From assembly GCF_001949145.1 (NCBI RefSeq), contig NW_019091356.1:2240932-2304931 (forward strand): a stretch of DNA of 64,000 nucleotides. Direction: 5' to 3'. This stretch comes from Acanthaster planci (lineage: Eukaryota). The notes beneath the pieces were generated by a model that was not told where the DNA came from, made no database searches, and saw only the letters and a program-made list of their open reading frames with translations. Every line of letters begins with the position of its first letter. Position 1 is the first letter of the stretch. Positions 35,481 to 48,452 of this stretch are shown piece after piece. The position numbers were made by a program, and so were the translations under genes.

Positions 35481-38479
35481 AAGAGGACACGACAGTAGTG
35501 TCACAGACCCACCAAGGCCATGTCTCGAGATTTGCTTCTGGAGCTATGGCTACGTCTCTGTGTATTTTCCATTGTGCAAAGACTTAGACCTAGCTCTAGA
35601 CAACAGATTAAGATAGAAATTGGTGAAGCAGAGAAAATCATTGCTTAGCAGAAAGAGGCTACCAGCCAAAGTGTCGTGCATTTTGTGTATCTTGCGACTG
35701 GTTCCCCGCTGATTTTTTTGAGCATGTAAATTGGCTAAGTGGCTAAGCAACTCTGAAATTACTACATCGGGATCTCTTTGAAAAAAGCAGTGCCTTATGT
35801 ATAAAGCTCCTACATGTTGCCAAGACAGATGAGGGTTGATCGTTTGGAGGATTTTGTCAAGCACATCCTTGCCATAATAGCTGTGGATGCTCTCAAAAGG
35901 ACCGGGAAACAAATCGTTAATTTCAATTGTCTTAAAAAAGATTTCACGAATCCTGTAGAATGGGTCCAGTTTGGATGAGAATGATGTAAATTTACAGAGG
36001 AAAGTCGCTGAAAGTACAAAGACGTCTTCTGTTGGTTGATGTTTGATCTGCAACAGGCCTGATCTGTAACAACGTTAACGACGTCTTTAAATCAAGGAGA
36101 GCAATTTGGAAAAGATCAGTTTGTGCTTGCTCACACTCAGCTGAGAGAGAAAACACAAATTGTGGTTTGTTTGGTGGGAAAACTGAATCATTTCAAAAAA
36201 ATATTTTTAGATTAATACTCAGGGTATGATTAAAGTTACTTTGCATTGGGGTGTTCTAGTTCCCTAAACGCTATCAAAATGTAACGTAGTAACGTCTACC
36301 ACCAGACATCAGTATTTTATGTTACGTGAGCATTTTTTAGAAGTTGGTGCTGGGATTTTTTAAAGACAAATTTTAGAGGAGGACAGAAAAAAATTATTTT
36401 CTGTAGTCTCAAGAAAAACAAGGGTCTTCGAGTCTTCGAGGGAAGAATACAAAACCAGTTTTTTTTCCGAAAACAACAGAACAAAAGAGGTATCCTTATC
36501 CACTGACACTAGTCGTCAAGGACCAAAGGTTACAAAATTGAAATCAGAGACTTTGCCGTTAGTCGGTCTGCGGAGCTAAAAAATGATTTTCCTTTTTTTT
36601 TTTTAAAGATCTATTTTGGTTAATTGTTGTTCAGTGGATCTGAGACTTCTCAAAAAGAAAATTTTTATATTTTTTGCAGTTCTGAATCGGTAAGGTTGGC
36701 AGATCCGAGCACCAACTTAAGGAAAAAAACTCTCGCCTTATTTAAAAATTCAACATAATGGTGGATGGGCCTTCTTGTCTCTCTACCATATTGTAATCGA
36801 TTGAGGCATGCTATCAGAGCTAAAAATGTGGAGGCAAGTTTGGTTTTCTAGGAAATGGCGGAAAAGTCTCCAAAATCATTCTGAAGTCCGCAGAACGTGT
36901 GAAAAAGGCTTTGCTATTCTCACATGCAGAATATTGCTGGCTACTTTATCCAGCAGAAATAGTGCAGAAAGTTTGAGGAACTAATCAATGGTCGCTCACA
37001 GACTCTGTGATTGTTTTTCATTCTGTATCAAAGATACAGATAGATATACAGTGGAACACTGTTATGACAAGGACCTTGGGACTTCACAAATTACCCTTTT
37101 ATAATAGTTACCTTGCATTGTCAGTAATGGAAAATGAAGAAAAACAAAGACTTGGGGCCTAAAATTTGTCCCTGTCCTAAATTTGACCTTGTGTTAACTG
37201 TGCCCTTCTTATCTAGTTCGACATGTATCTTTTCTCCTCCGTTATGTCTACGGTTAGGTGCTGAGAAATCCTTCACAATTAGTGGCTCCAACTTTGTTTG
37301 CACACCGCAAACAAAGTCGAGGCTGGGAAATTACATGACTTGTTCTTCAAATTTACCTTTATGCTCATCCAAACACCAGTCCTTGTTTTCAGGTAAATTT
37401 TTGGTTAAGTTTTTAACGAGTGTCAGAACTTTTGTACATTTTTGAGACCCTGCAAGCACTGTATGCTCAACACTTTTGAAAGTTTACTTTTTCATTGCAT
37501 ATTTCCTGATTTGTCAAAAGAGGGAAGCTTTTATTTGGAGTATCAAAGCTTCCCCGAGTGAAAAAAGCATCGCTGTAGTAAGTATTAAAGGTTAAATTAC
37601 CCCAGATTTGAGTAGAAGTTAGGTAAGATGGGTTCTCTTGAAAGAAAATTATGCTGCACTGTTGAATATTACTACTAAAAAGGTTTGACATCCTATGAAA
37701 ATGCTTGCCTTTTGACTGTCCCAGAAAACATAAAAGGACAATATCACAGTTTATTTGCCCATGTAATCAACAGTAGGATTAAGCCCGCTGGTATTTTGCT
37801 GATTTTAACAAACCTCTTGATAAGTACTTCTTAAAGAGTCAGCTACATTCATTGCTCTTTCTTTTTTTTAATTTTTACTCTGTCGTATTTGGTTTATTTT
37901 ATGATGAATATTAAATTTGCATAAATTGTCGTTTATTGTTCTTAAAAGTACAAGAAATATTTAAACAGATTATTTATGACACAGAGATAGTTTCATTCTT
38001 TGTTAAATGGTGATAAGGTTTTTTTCTTAGCAGAGTGAGGCGTTCATTTTTTGTTTTGCAACAAAACAGATTTGGAAATTTGTTAATTTAACTGCTTATG
38101 GAACTATGCATTCCAAAAATAAAAGTTGTCCTTTGAAAGTGTGGATGAGTGTTAATTCAAGTAACCAACGATACAATGTAAAAACCTCATCTGTGAAATA
38201 GTTCAATATACATGTACATGTACGTTTATTATTGCATATTTATGAAATCATTACAATTCCAGATTTTTCTGATTTCAGATTTTTTCTTTTGTCAAAACAA
38301 AACCTAAGGCAATTTATGGTGAAGAGGGGAAAAGGTGTGTGCTCATTTCGACAATGTTGCAAATAAGTCTTAATAAAACTAAAGTTGACGTTCTTACTCT
38401 TACTTGTCTCAAGTCTGCCCGTGGCACGGATTGTAATTCACTTATGAATAAAGATTAGCCACCTGCTACGGGTTAGTGT

Positions 38480-38800
38480 ATCTATTGGCCAATCAGTTTA
38501 CGCCAAGTTGTCAATCATATGCTAAGCGATCCCTTGAGGTCGAACAAGCAGTGATGAATTAACTTGAACGTCGCCATTATGTCATTGTATTCATTTGTGC
38601 TGCTGGATGCTTAACCACTGGACTTCATTTTTAATAAGTACAACTGAGAAAAAAAGTTGGTATAACCGTCTTTTCCTTCCTCCATGCTGTAAATAAAAAG
38701 TGGAGAAGTCGGCCATCTATGCACCGTTATTTTGTTTAAAGTAACCAGCTGTATGCAAATTAAATTTTACATATTCATACTTGTAATCAAAATGGCGACT
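38480..38800 (+). promoter_or_regulatory. LMAN1 proximal promoter / 5' UTR candidate
   Basis: Palindromic double CCAAT box ATTGGCCAAT (38484-38493), CGCCATTAT (YY1-like, ~38572) and CAAAATGGCG at the start codon. Confidence 0.45.
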
Positions 38801-41800
38801 CACGCGGCGAGTGTTTCGTGTCTTCTGCTCTTTTTGTCGATGTTTTCTGTCTGTTTTGGTCAAGCGCCACATCGGAGATTCGAGTACAAACACAGCTTCA
38901 AAGGCCCGCACTTGATGCAAAAAGATGGCTCTGTTCCATTTTGGCAGTATGGTGGAAGTAAGTACTTTTCGAAGTAAATATGGTAAAATTGGTAGGTCTG
39001 TGTAAGTATATTGGCATGTGGCTGACACTCGACCGGTTTGACAGTCCTTGCGCGTGTTCTTCTATTGCAAGGACTACTCGCGCGGTCTGCTTATGTTGCA
39101 TGTAGGCCTACATTGTTGCCTGCATGTTGATGACAATAACGTTATTTATCTTAAATAGGCTGGTAAACATTTATAATCATTTAAATTTTCAAGCGTTTAA
39201 AGAATGTGAGTTCCTACTTATGTCCTACATATTACTTATATTAGGCCTATTGAGTTAAAGTTTTGTACAGTTGCAGGAACAAAAAGAAATAGGCCTAACA
39301 TTCCTTTATTTGTGTTGTTCATATTTACAAATCCGTTTCTTTAAATTCACAAAGACTGATCCATAAGCTTTTCCTTTTTTCTCGTTTTGGACCAGGATTT
39401 AATTTCAAAGAACAAAGTTTTTTTGTTTAATTTACAGGTGCATTTGCCTCAGATGAACAAGTCAGAATTACACCCTCCATACGGAGTCAAAGAGGTAACA
39501 TTGTGACTCATAAACCAGTTTGTAAATTACACATTTTTTAAAGAAGCAATGTGGTATAGATTGCCAGTGAGGAGAATTCCAAATCCACTGGTTCAGTTCA
39601 GTGTTTATGAAGCAATGATGTTACCATTGCAAGGGACCAGCCAAGTTCAAGGTAATGTTATGAGAAATTAACTGGTTTCTCGATATTCCTGGTAAAATAG
39701 TAGAAATATTAATATCAAACATGATGTGGCATTATCTCACCACCACATGTAAGTATTTTATGGTTTAGCCACTACACAGTAATGCATGGATTGGCCCACC
39801 TCATTACCTAGACATCAACAGTGACACCAACCATATGGACCATTCTCGCCATGATTCTGATGATAATGCAAAGGCTCTGAGGTGATAGCACTGTTTACTT
39901 TCATTCTCATCACTGGTATCCCATGAACACTGTTTGCCTTTTCATGTGAACACCTGCTGATATGAATTATTTGATTTAGATGATTTCATAATTATAAAAC
40001 TAAGAGCTTGAGAGCCCAAAATAAAAGTAAACATATTGCTGTTTTTAAATTTATAGTAACATCAATAATCATTCTGTATTTTCAAAAACTGTCTCTCTTA
40101 GAAACAAAAAATATCATAGAAGTTAGTCATTTTTTTGTAATTTTCTGAAAGCCTGAAACAATTTTTTATCAACATCTACGTGATCTTCATTATTACGTTT
40201 AATCAGGCAAGCATCATTTTGCAATCCTGAGGCATTTTATTGCGTGAATCATGTAATTTTCAGTTGTTTTTAACATGTAAACCACTGTCTGCAATCTAAT
40301 ATTAAAGAACTCCTCTGTTGCTTTGAAGGTCTTTTTTACACATGGAATGCTAGAAATTCATATTAGAACCTTATTAATTTTTCCCTTCAAAGTTAAAGCG
40401 AATAAAAATAATAATATTTTCTTGCACAGCGCTTGATTCGTGAAGATTTGAGAAGAGTCAAATTAATATTGCCCTAGGGGCATTTGGGTAAAAAATAATT
40501 GCCTTTGCCTGACCTCACAGGTTACATCTGGTCCAAGTACAAGGTGCCGTACGACCATTGGGAAGTGGAGTTTTTCTTCAAGGTGACCGGTCGAGGGAGG
40601 GTCGGCGCAGATGGCTTGGTGAGTCCGTGAAACTTGAAACTTCTCCAGAATGCTTGAAAATCACATAACTCCTGACTGTTTTCATAAAAAAAACCTGCTG
40701 CCTTTCTACCCCTTGACTGATGTTCTTTTTTGCAAAACTAATATATTGTGAAACTCTCTCATTATGGAATTTCAGGGCAAAGGTTGTAGATAGGAAGGGA
40801 AGTCATTGTTGTTTTTCTTGGTATTCTTTGGGGAATGTTATGGATCTGAGGTTTGTGTCATCTTGAAAACTTCTCAAGACAAATTAATCAGAACTTGAAA
40901 AGTGTTGAGTCTTTGGGTGGGAATTTCACTTTCATAATGGCTGGTGTGAGATATGTTAAAGGCGTAAAAACCAATTCCCCAATTAGTGTGAGCAACATTT
41001 CAGGTTTTTATTATAGTTCTAACGGCATTTTAGCATGACTACACCACATACTTTGATGTTGGAGAGCTTTGCAGTGAACCCATAGGATGATAAGGATTAC
41101 TTGTTTCTACCAGACCTTTCAAAATGTACCAGTTTATTATGTAGGCTTTTGACAGACTGATGATGGCATAGGGCAGCCGCTGTACATTGGCTTGTATGTA
41201 CCACGGGTTTTCAACACAGTGTAGGATTTTGGAGGATTCGGGAAGGCGTTTCGCAAGGATACTCAGTGGTCAGTGATGTCTGGCGCTTCTCTCTTTCAGG
41301 CTTTCTGGTATGTGGATAAAAAACCGGATGGGGTGGCATCGACCCCAGAGCAGCAACACCCTCCTCAGCACCCGAACCAAATCAGTGTCTTTGGCGGGCC
41401 GGACAAGTGGAACGGCCTGGCGGTGATGTTTGACTCCTTCGACAACGACAACTTGCGCAACAACCCGTACATCCTGGCCATAGTCAACGACGGCAGGCTG
41501 GAGTACCAGCACACCACGGACGGGATGAACCAGCAGCTCGGTGGATGCCTAAGGGACTTCCGAAACAAGCCCTACCCGGTCCGGGCCAAGGTTGAGTACT
41601 ACCGGAAAACGCTCACGGTGAGTTCAGCGGCACTCTGCTGGAAGCTTTTTTTTTTAACTAGCCTCACTCCAGCATTCCAATCTCCTTTACTGCTTTGACC
41701 GGTGTCAAGGACCTGTCTGACCCCAGTTACTGCTTGACCCCAATTAAATTTGGAAAGAGAAGGTTGTTCTGATGGTCTTAACCACTGCCTTGACCAGGGT

Positions 41801-44800
41801 CAAGGACCTGTCTGACCTCAGTTACTGGCTGACCTCAATTAATTTGGAAAGAGAACACTGATAGTCTTATCCAATGTTTCATTCAGTTATTAAGATGAAC
41901 AAAGAAATTGACTGGAGCGGGATTTGAACCTGCTATCTCCGGAATACCGTACCGGTGCTCTACCAACTGAGCTATCTAGCCCAACGTTGGTGGCTCTTCC
42001 CATTTGTCAGTTATCTTTGTTCTGGAGCGCTTTTCACTTGTAGTTTGTTTCATGATCGATGTTTCATTCAGTAAGTTGCTGACAGATAGTTAAAGGAATG
42101 ACTTCAGAGTCGGCATTTTCTGCCGTCAATTTGATGCAGGTTTATATCCACAGCGGATGGACCAACATAGACACCAACTACGAGATATGCCTGAGAAGAG
42201 AGGACGTGACGTTACCCAAGGACGGCTACTTTGGGGTGACCGCAGCCACTGGCGGGCTAGCAGGTAAAAGGATTCATTGCTGGCACAGCCCTCTATTTGT
42301 ACAGAGTACCCCTAAGTTTGTGGAAATTCATAAAAAGAGTGAGCTACAGGGCCTACTCATATGAGCTTAAGGAAGGCACGCAGGATACACAGTATGGTAT
42401 CTTGTGTCTGTGGTAAAGCCAGTATGTAGATGGTCATTAGTAGTCAGAACCAAATTTTCAACTGAATGTGCACAAATGTTCCAGCGTAGTTGTACGCTGA
42501 ACCCACACTGGTTTTCTTGCAGTCAGTTGTGTGCTCATCTTTCATTTTCAGATGATCACGATGTCATTAAATTTTTGACGCACAGTCTGATACCCCCAGA
42601 CGAACCACGGGTAAGTTTTTCGAAGTGGATTTTTTTAAAATAGAGTTCGACTCACTTCGCAGATCTCTATGTGCTACTTTAGAGGACCCAAACCCACGGA
42701 GTATAGTGATACTTTTTCACCTGACTTTCATAACCCATCCAGACTCCTCCTAAAGATCAAGCAATTTCGGATGATGAGGAGGAACGTTTTAAGAAGGAGT
42801 ACGATGAATACTATGAAAAACTACAGCAACAGAAGAAAGAGTGAGTCCTGTTTTGTTTTTTTATGAGCAGTTAGAATTTTAGTGGTAGAAAGGGGAGGAC
42901 GATATTCAGGGAAGTTCCGTGATTTGCAGTATTTGTGGTCATAAGCTTTGTTTTTTGGATTTCGCATTCTTCTTCTAAACTTGTTCACGGACTTGGAAAT
43001 TGCAGACGTAGCGATTCACCAACTGTCACTTGTGGTGCCGAGGTATAACACATTGAAACAGAGGGGATTTGAATGGCAAAGATTAAGTGCGACTTAACGG
43101 GGGTGTGAACCTGAGACTTCTGAACTACAGCTCTAGCATGCCACAAATTGAACTGTAGAGACCTGGCAGAAATGAACTGCTGTAATCTGGTTCCCAGACT
43201 ACTGCAATGACATAAGGACCCGGAGAGTAAAAATCCAACCCTGGTGCCGAAAGTAAAGAGGGTCGGATGTGTAAGCCCTGCTAGCAGGAGAAATGTCTTC
43301 CAGAGATTGAGAAAGATTGTGTTTGTCATTCAAACAACTACCTTGTTCAATCAGTTATCTGCTTTTTTGTTTTTTCAAGAGTACTGACCCAGTTTTTGCC
43401 GTATAAATAAATTCCATTCTTTCTGTTTTAGATTTCAGGAGAAGCATCCAGACAAAGTGAAAGATCATATACTAGAAGAGACGTTTGTAAGTATCCAATG
43501 TAATGGTTGACCTTAGAGAACAATTTGCGCACTCATCAGAGGTCAAGGCCATCTCTTGTGCATAATTATTCACAACCACCCGAGTCATTTGGCTCAGAAA
43601 CTTTGTGTTGTGTAACTCGGTCGAGATCTGAGTCCTGACATGTTGGCTCATTGTGGACTTAAACTCGATACACTTGAGATGAAGTCTTGTGTCTGCAGCA
43701 TATTATCCAGATCTGAGTCTTGGGACGCTTCTTTGCTCACCTGAGAGGGAGTTCGAGTCATTTTGAGTCTGAGCATGACTGAGTCGGTTTGGGACCAACC
43801 GTTGATGCTTTTCTTTTCTGATCTCTATCTTTATGTGATTTGAGTTTGCGGGTACGTTTCTCATGTGGTCTGAGTTGAGACTTGAGCCACTTGGTTCTAA
43901 GGCGCACTTGACTCTCTTTCAAGTCACTTATAATTTTGAAAAAATTATCCAAAAAATCAGTGTTTTTTTAAGATTTTGCATCTTAATTGAACTTTCATTT
44001 CAGTTTGAAGATACAGAAACAAGAGAATTAAGACAGATCTATGAAGTTCAGACCACAATCAGTAGATCAATTGTGTAAGTATACCCGTTGTCATTTTTAG
44101 AGCTTGTGCGCTATCTGAAATAATCTGAAAAGTGAAAATCTTTTAACACAATCAGCCTTTGAACCCAAGTCTCCTAACACCTTTCTTTGTAATGAATAAA
44201 ATTTTTCAAGAACTTACCACAATGTAGCAAGGAATATTTTTTTTCAAATTGCCCGAAATTTAGGATGCCCAAAATGTTGTTAGTGAGCCGTGCCGGACCC
44301 TTGACTTTGCCAGTCAAAGTTCTGCGTCCCCATGGTGCGTCCAGTTGTTAGAGGCACCAGGGAAGTAATCCAATCTGAGCAAATTTTGGCCAAATCAGTT
44401 ACCAGAATTCTAACACCCAATTTCATTATCAGTGAACTGAATCGCAAGCTGGACGAGATCGTCGGACGGCAGGAGCGTACTCTCTCGGCCATCTCCGCCG
44501 TCCAGGCAGCTGGCCGAGGCGGCGGGGCTCCGCCTGCCTCCACGGGGGGCCAGCCATCACCACCAACCACCTCAGAAATCAAGAGGCACGAAGTTGACAC
44601 GATATTAAACACACAGCAGGAGCTGCAGCGGTCAATCAGGGACGTCAGGTACAACCTGTTCTCTCTCTTTCAGACCCTTTCCAAATCCACGAGGGGATGC
44701 TTGAGGAAGGTACAGCCCCCCTCCACTCCACTCGGGGGTGGGGCATCCCCCCCCCATTTTTTGCAGGTCCTGTAATGGGATGGGGTTTAATCGATCAGCC

Positions 44801-46650
44801 CACTAATGGCTGATGGTCTCACAGCTGCCCCCCCCCCCACTCTGAAAATCTTTCCACTGCTGCTGACTTCACATTTAGCTTGGTGCCTCTTGAAATAATA
44901 GAGAGTTGCCTGTAGTGTACCTTTACACTGTTTGATTTTTGAGCATTCTGGAATGTTTTTGAAGGAATGCCTAGAAAAAGTCACACTAGTGTAGGAAAAA
45001 TGTGCTCCCAATGCCAAGAAAAGCAGTCAGTGATCTCGTCACAGATGCTCCATATATCCACTGATCTCCACACATCCACTGATTCATCCACACGTATCCA
45101 CAGGAGCGTTGTAGGCGACGTCCAGGCCAAAGCGAGCAGCATCCACAACAGAGTGGACAGCGTCGCCCAGGGCAACCAGGGCAACCAGGATTTCCTGCTG
45201 ACCCACGAGCTGCGGGATAAAATCAGCTCACTGACCGGCGACGTCAGCCAACTACTCAGGAAAGCCACTGTGAGTGCCGGAAGCAGATTCTATCCCTCCA
45301 CAACCCCTGAGTGTTGAATCAGCATCATGTGCATTTCCCATGTCCTCAGTGTGACCATTAGAATCCACAAGTGCCATATCCACAACATCAACCATCCAGT
45401 GTAATATCATTCCCAGCAAAATCCACTGCCTAGCCCTCTTTTCAACCATATCCACTGCCCAATCCACTGTCGTCCACATTTTTCCATTGTATCAACCACA
45501 TTGCCATTCATCACCGCAGGGTAAGTCGCATGACACTCAGAGCCATCCACTTCCCAGCCCTGATTTCAACCAAATCTTCTACCAGATTCTTCCCCTCATC
45601 CTAAATGTCTTGGATGTACAGGATGCGTCATGACACCAACCGGTGTTCAATCTAAAAAAAATCCACAACATTGACCGTCATGCTTACCATTGCCATTCAA
45701 CATGGTGCACCGCAGCAAATCGGGCCTGCACTGACCGTCTTATCCCAACTCCATCCAGAACTATCAATCGTATGGTCACTGGAAGCAAAAGTCCTAATTC
45801 CTTTTTCCCTTCATTTTTGTTTTCATCTTCCAGCAAGCCCCCACAGTGCAATGCCCACCTCAAGAGGAATACCCCAACTGTTTAACTCCAGTTTATTTCA
45901 TTTTTCTGCTTGTTATACAAGGAGGTTTTTTCTTCTTATATGCTGTCTATAGGTGAGTGAGAACCTCATTTATGTACTTTTCGATAGTGACGAGTGCCAG
46001 GTACTCTATACCCCGAATGTTGGTACCTGGGTCTATTTTTCTTTCAGTTTTTATTACACAAAGCACACCACTCTGTATTAGATCATTTCTCTGAAAAGAA
46101 ATTACACCTTTGCGTTGATCATTTGGCATGAAAATGAAGTGGAAGCCTTGTAAGTTAATCCCAAGAATGCCTCCAGACTAACTGTTCTGGTTTATACCAA
46201 GTTTCAAATGCCAACCAAGCGTAAAAAGGAAATATGACCATGGGAGAATCCTTGATATCTTGCCTCAGGTTCTCAACCCTGTTACCCTTCAAGATCCTTC
46301 AAAATCCACGGGGAGGGTATGAAGGATGTTGAAGGATTGAGGAAGGTACATTCCAGCCACCATCACTGTACATGGCACTTGACGCCTCTGGATAAATACG
46401 AAGACTGTGCCCCTGGTTTCCTTCCTCAGTGGCGAAGGAAACCAGTCGAGTGCTTGATGATTTAAGAAAGTTCCCTGTAAGAATGCCTTCAAAATTGTGG
46501 CTGTGGTAACGATGATGCCATCCAGCCCCCCCCCCCAAATTAGAAACCTCACCGATTTGTAATTGTTTTGTATTGAAGTCAATTTGTTGTCTATTTTTCG
46601 TTTTTTCCTTCAGGAGTAAACAAGAAGCGGCAGCCAAGAAGTTTTACTAG
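38792..46650 (+). CDS. LMAN1: ERGIC-53 / lectin mannose-binding 1, 527 aa
   Basis: Exons 38792-38957, 39438-39494, 40521-40618, 41300-41617, 42140-42263, 42552-42610, 42743-42840, 43432-43486, 44004-44074, 44433-44648, 45104-45269, 45834-45952, 46614-46650 (1584 nt). Signal peptide followed by PHRRFEYKHSFKGPHL, GRGRVGADGLA, FDSFDND, CLRDFRNKPYPVRAK, AATGGLADDHDV. Then a coiled-coil stalk, two juxtamembrane Cys, a TM helix and the cytosolic tail RSKQEAAAKKFY (dilysine/diaromatic ER-Golgi cycling signal). Confidence 0.96.
41695..41877. repeat. ~95-bp tandem duplication (2 copies)
   Basis: TTGACC..GTCAAGGACCTGTCTGACC.CAGTTACTG..TGACC.CAATTAA.TTTGGAAAGAGAA starts at 41695 and again at 41790. Confidence 0.9.
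41910..41982 (-). mobile_element. tRNA-derived repeat / pseudo-tRNA (SINE-like head), LMAN1 intron 4, antisense
   Basis: Minus strand GGGCTAGATAGCTCAGTTGGTAGAGCACCGGTACGGTATTCCGGAGATAGCAGGTTCAAATCCCGCTCCAGTC. It has an A box (TAGCTCAGTTGG), a B box (GGTTCAAATCC), an imperfect acceptor stem and an aberrant anticodon arm. Confidence 0.7.
43580..43930. repeat. GAGTC/GACTC-rich decayed repeat, LMAN1 intron
   Basis: Recurrent CGAGTC/TGAGTC/GACTC motifs. Confidence 0.4.
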
Positions 46651-47935
46651 TGACACAAAGCGGTGTATGTAAAACTTTGGGTTTTTAAATAATGAAGCTG
46701 ATTTGCTTTTTTTTTAAATTTTTTTTTTGGGATGTCGCTTCTTTTACCTAGAGAATTGTGGACTATAAAATGTAATTGAGTTCTGTTGTGAAGAGAAATG
46801 TGAAACTCAACATTGCGAAGTTTTTTCTTTCAAATGAAATATGAATTCCATGAAATCTCTGATTTTTATTCCAAAGATCTGTTGTCTTCAGTCGCCGTAT
46901 GTGAGAACTAAGAAATTATTCCAACTCGTGTTTATTCAGAACTGTCTTGGACATTATGCAATTACTATTTTTGTTTTGCCACAACTGACCTAGAGATTTC
47001 AGTTGCAATTTGAAATATATTTATTTAATCTTAATGCAAAGCAGGTGCTAAAGTTTCAAGAAACTATTCACGATGTGTACTTGCGAGGAATGTTAATGTA
47101 ATTTATTCCATCAAAAGTCCAGTTTGGGGGACTTATTTTAATGCCAAATCACTCCGCGTCTTTAGGCAGAACCCAGGAATTACATTAGTCAGCTAACCAG
47201 TTAAACTTCCTTAAACTCTACCGCTCTAGGTAGAATACTCTACTTCTTCCATGTTTCCTGAAAGAATTGCTCTCTACTTCAAGAAAACATGGAATCATAT
47301 GCCAATTTTTAACTAGTTTTCCCCATTATTTGAAAAATATTGTCAGTCATCTGATTGGGAGAGTCATATTGCAGAAAAGAGGGAAAAATTGTGAAAATAT
47401 TACACAGTGACTCAACAATTTTGTTTTATTTTGTGAAACTTTTGTTCAGTTGTTTCATATAAAAACCAGCTTTACCCTCTACAGGTGCCCCGCTAGGATT
47501 ACAAAGAATCTGGCTGCATACAGGAAGGTTTAATGACAGTAAACTTGCCATTACAAAGTTGCTACACCTGGCATGGTTCACTTGTAGCACCATCACTGTC
47601 AGTAATTCTCACGTGCAACCGGACTATTCGATCAATTTCAACAAGCATATTAGGGTGTACGGTGTAATATACTGAGTATTGCCAGTCGTTATTAACATAG
47701 CCTGTTTGACAGTGACGGGCGTTTCGGGCCAGGGCGAATGCAAAAGTGAAGGGGATTTGACGTTGCCAAACATTTGCAGTGAAATGCGCTCAAGTTGGAA
47801 TTTGTTCAGGGCTAACATCTGATCTGACATCAGATAGTTGTAATGTTGTTCGTACCATTCCAGTGCCCTACCTAAGTATATCTATGCCTGTGATAGGTTG
47901 TCAGCAAACCTGTGTCAAGTTCACTTTCACCATAT

Positions 47936-48452
47936 NNNNNNNNNNNNNNNNNNNNNNNNNNNNNNNNNNNNNNNNNNNNNNNNNNNNNNNNNNNNNNNNN
48001 NNNNNNNNNNNNNNNNNNNNNNNNNNNNNNNNNNNNNNNNNNNNNNNNNNNNNNNNNNNNNNNNNNNNNNNNNNNNNNNNNNNNNNNNNNNNNNNNNNNN
48101 NNNNNNNNNNNNNNNNNNNNNNNNNNNNNNNNNNNNNNNNNNNNNNNNNNNNNNNNNNNNNNNNNNNNNNNNNNNNNNNNNNNNNNNNNNNNNNNNNNNN
48201 NNNNNNNNNNNNNNNNNNNNNNNNNNNNNNNNNNNNNNNNNNNNNNNNNNNNNNNNNNNNNNNNNNNNNNNNNNNNNNNNNNNNNNNNNNNNNNNNNNNN
48301 NNNNNNNNNNNNNNNNNNNNNNNNNNNNNNNNNNNNNNNNNNNNNNNNNNNNNNNNNNNNNNNNNNNNNNNNNNNNNNNNNNNNNNNNNNNNNNNNNNNN
48401 NNNNNNNNNNNNNNNNNNNNNNNNNNNNNNNNNNNNNNNNNNNNNNNNNNNN
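47936..48452. other. Assembly gap
   Basis: Run of N. Confidence 1.

Noticed and set aside
35550..36053. 167-aa minus-strand ORF
   Set aside because: Antisense to the presumed BLOC1S6 3' UTR, non-ATG start and no recognisable domain.
41910..41982. Functional tRNA gene
   Set aside because: Mismatched acceptor and T stems, a non-canonical anticodon arm and no T-run terminator. More consistent with a tRNA-derived repeat.
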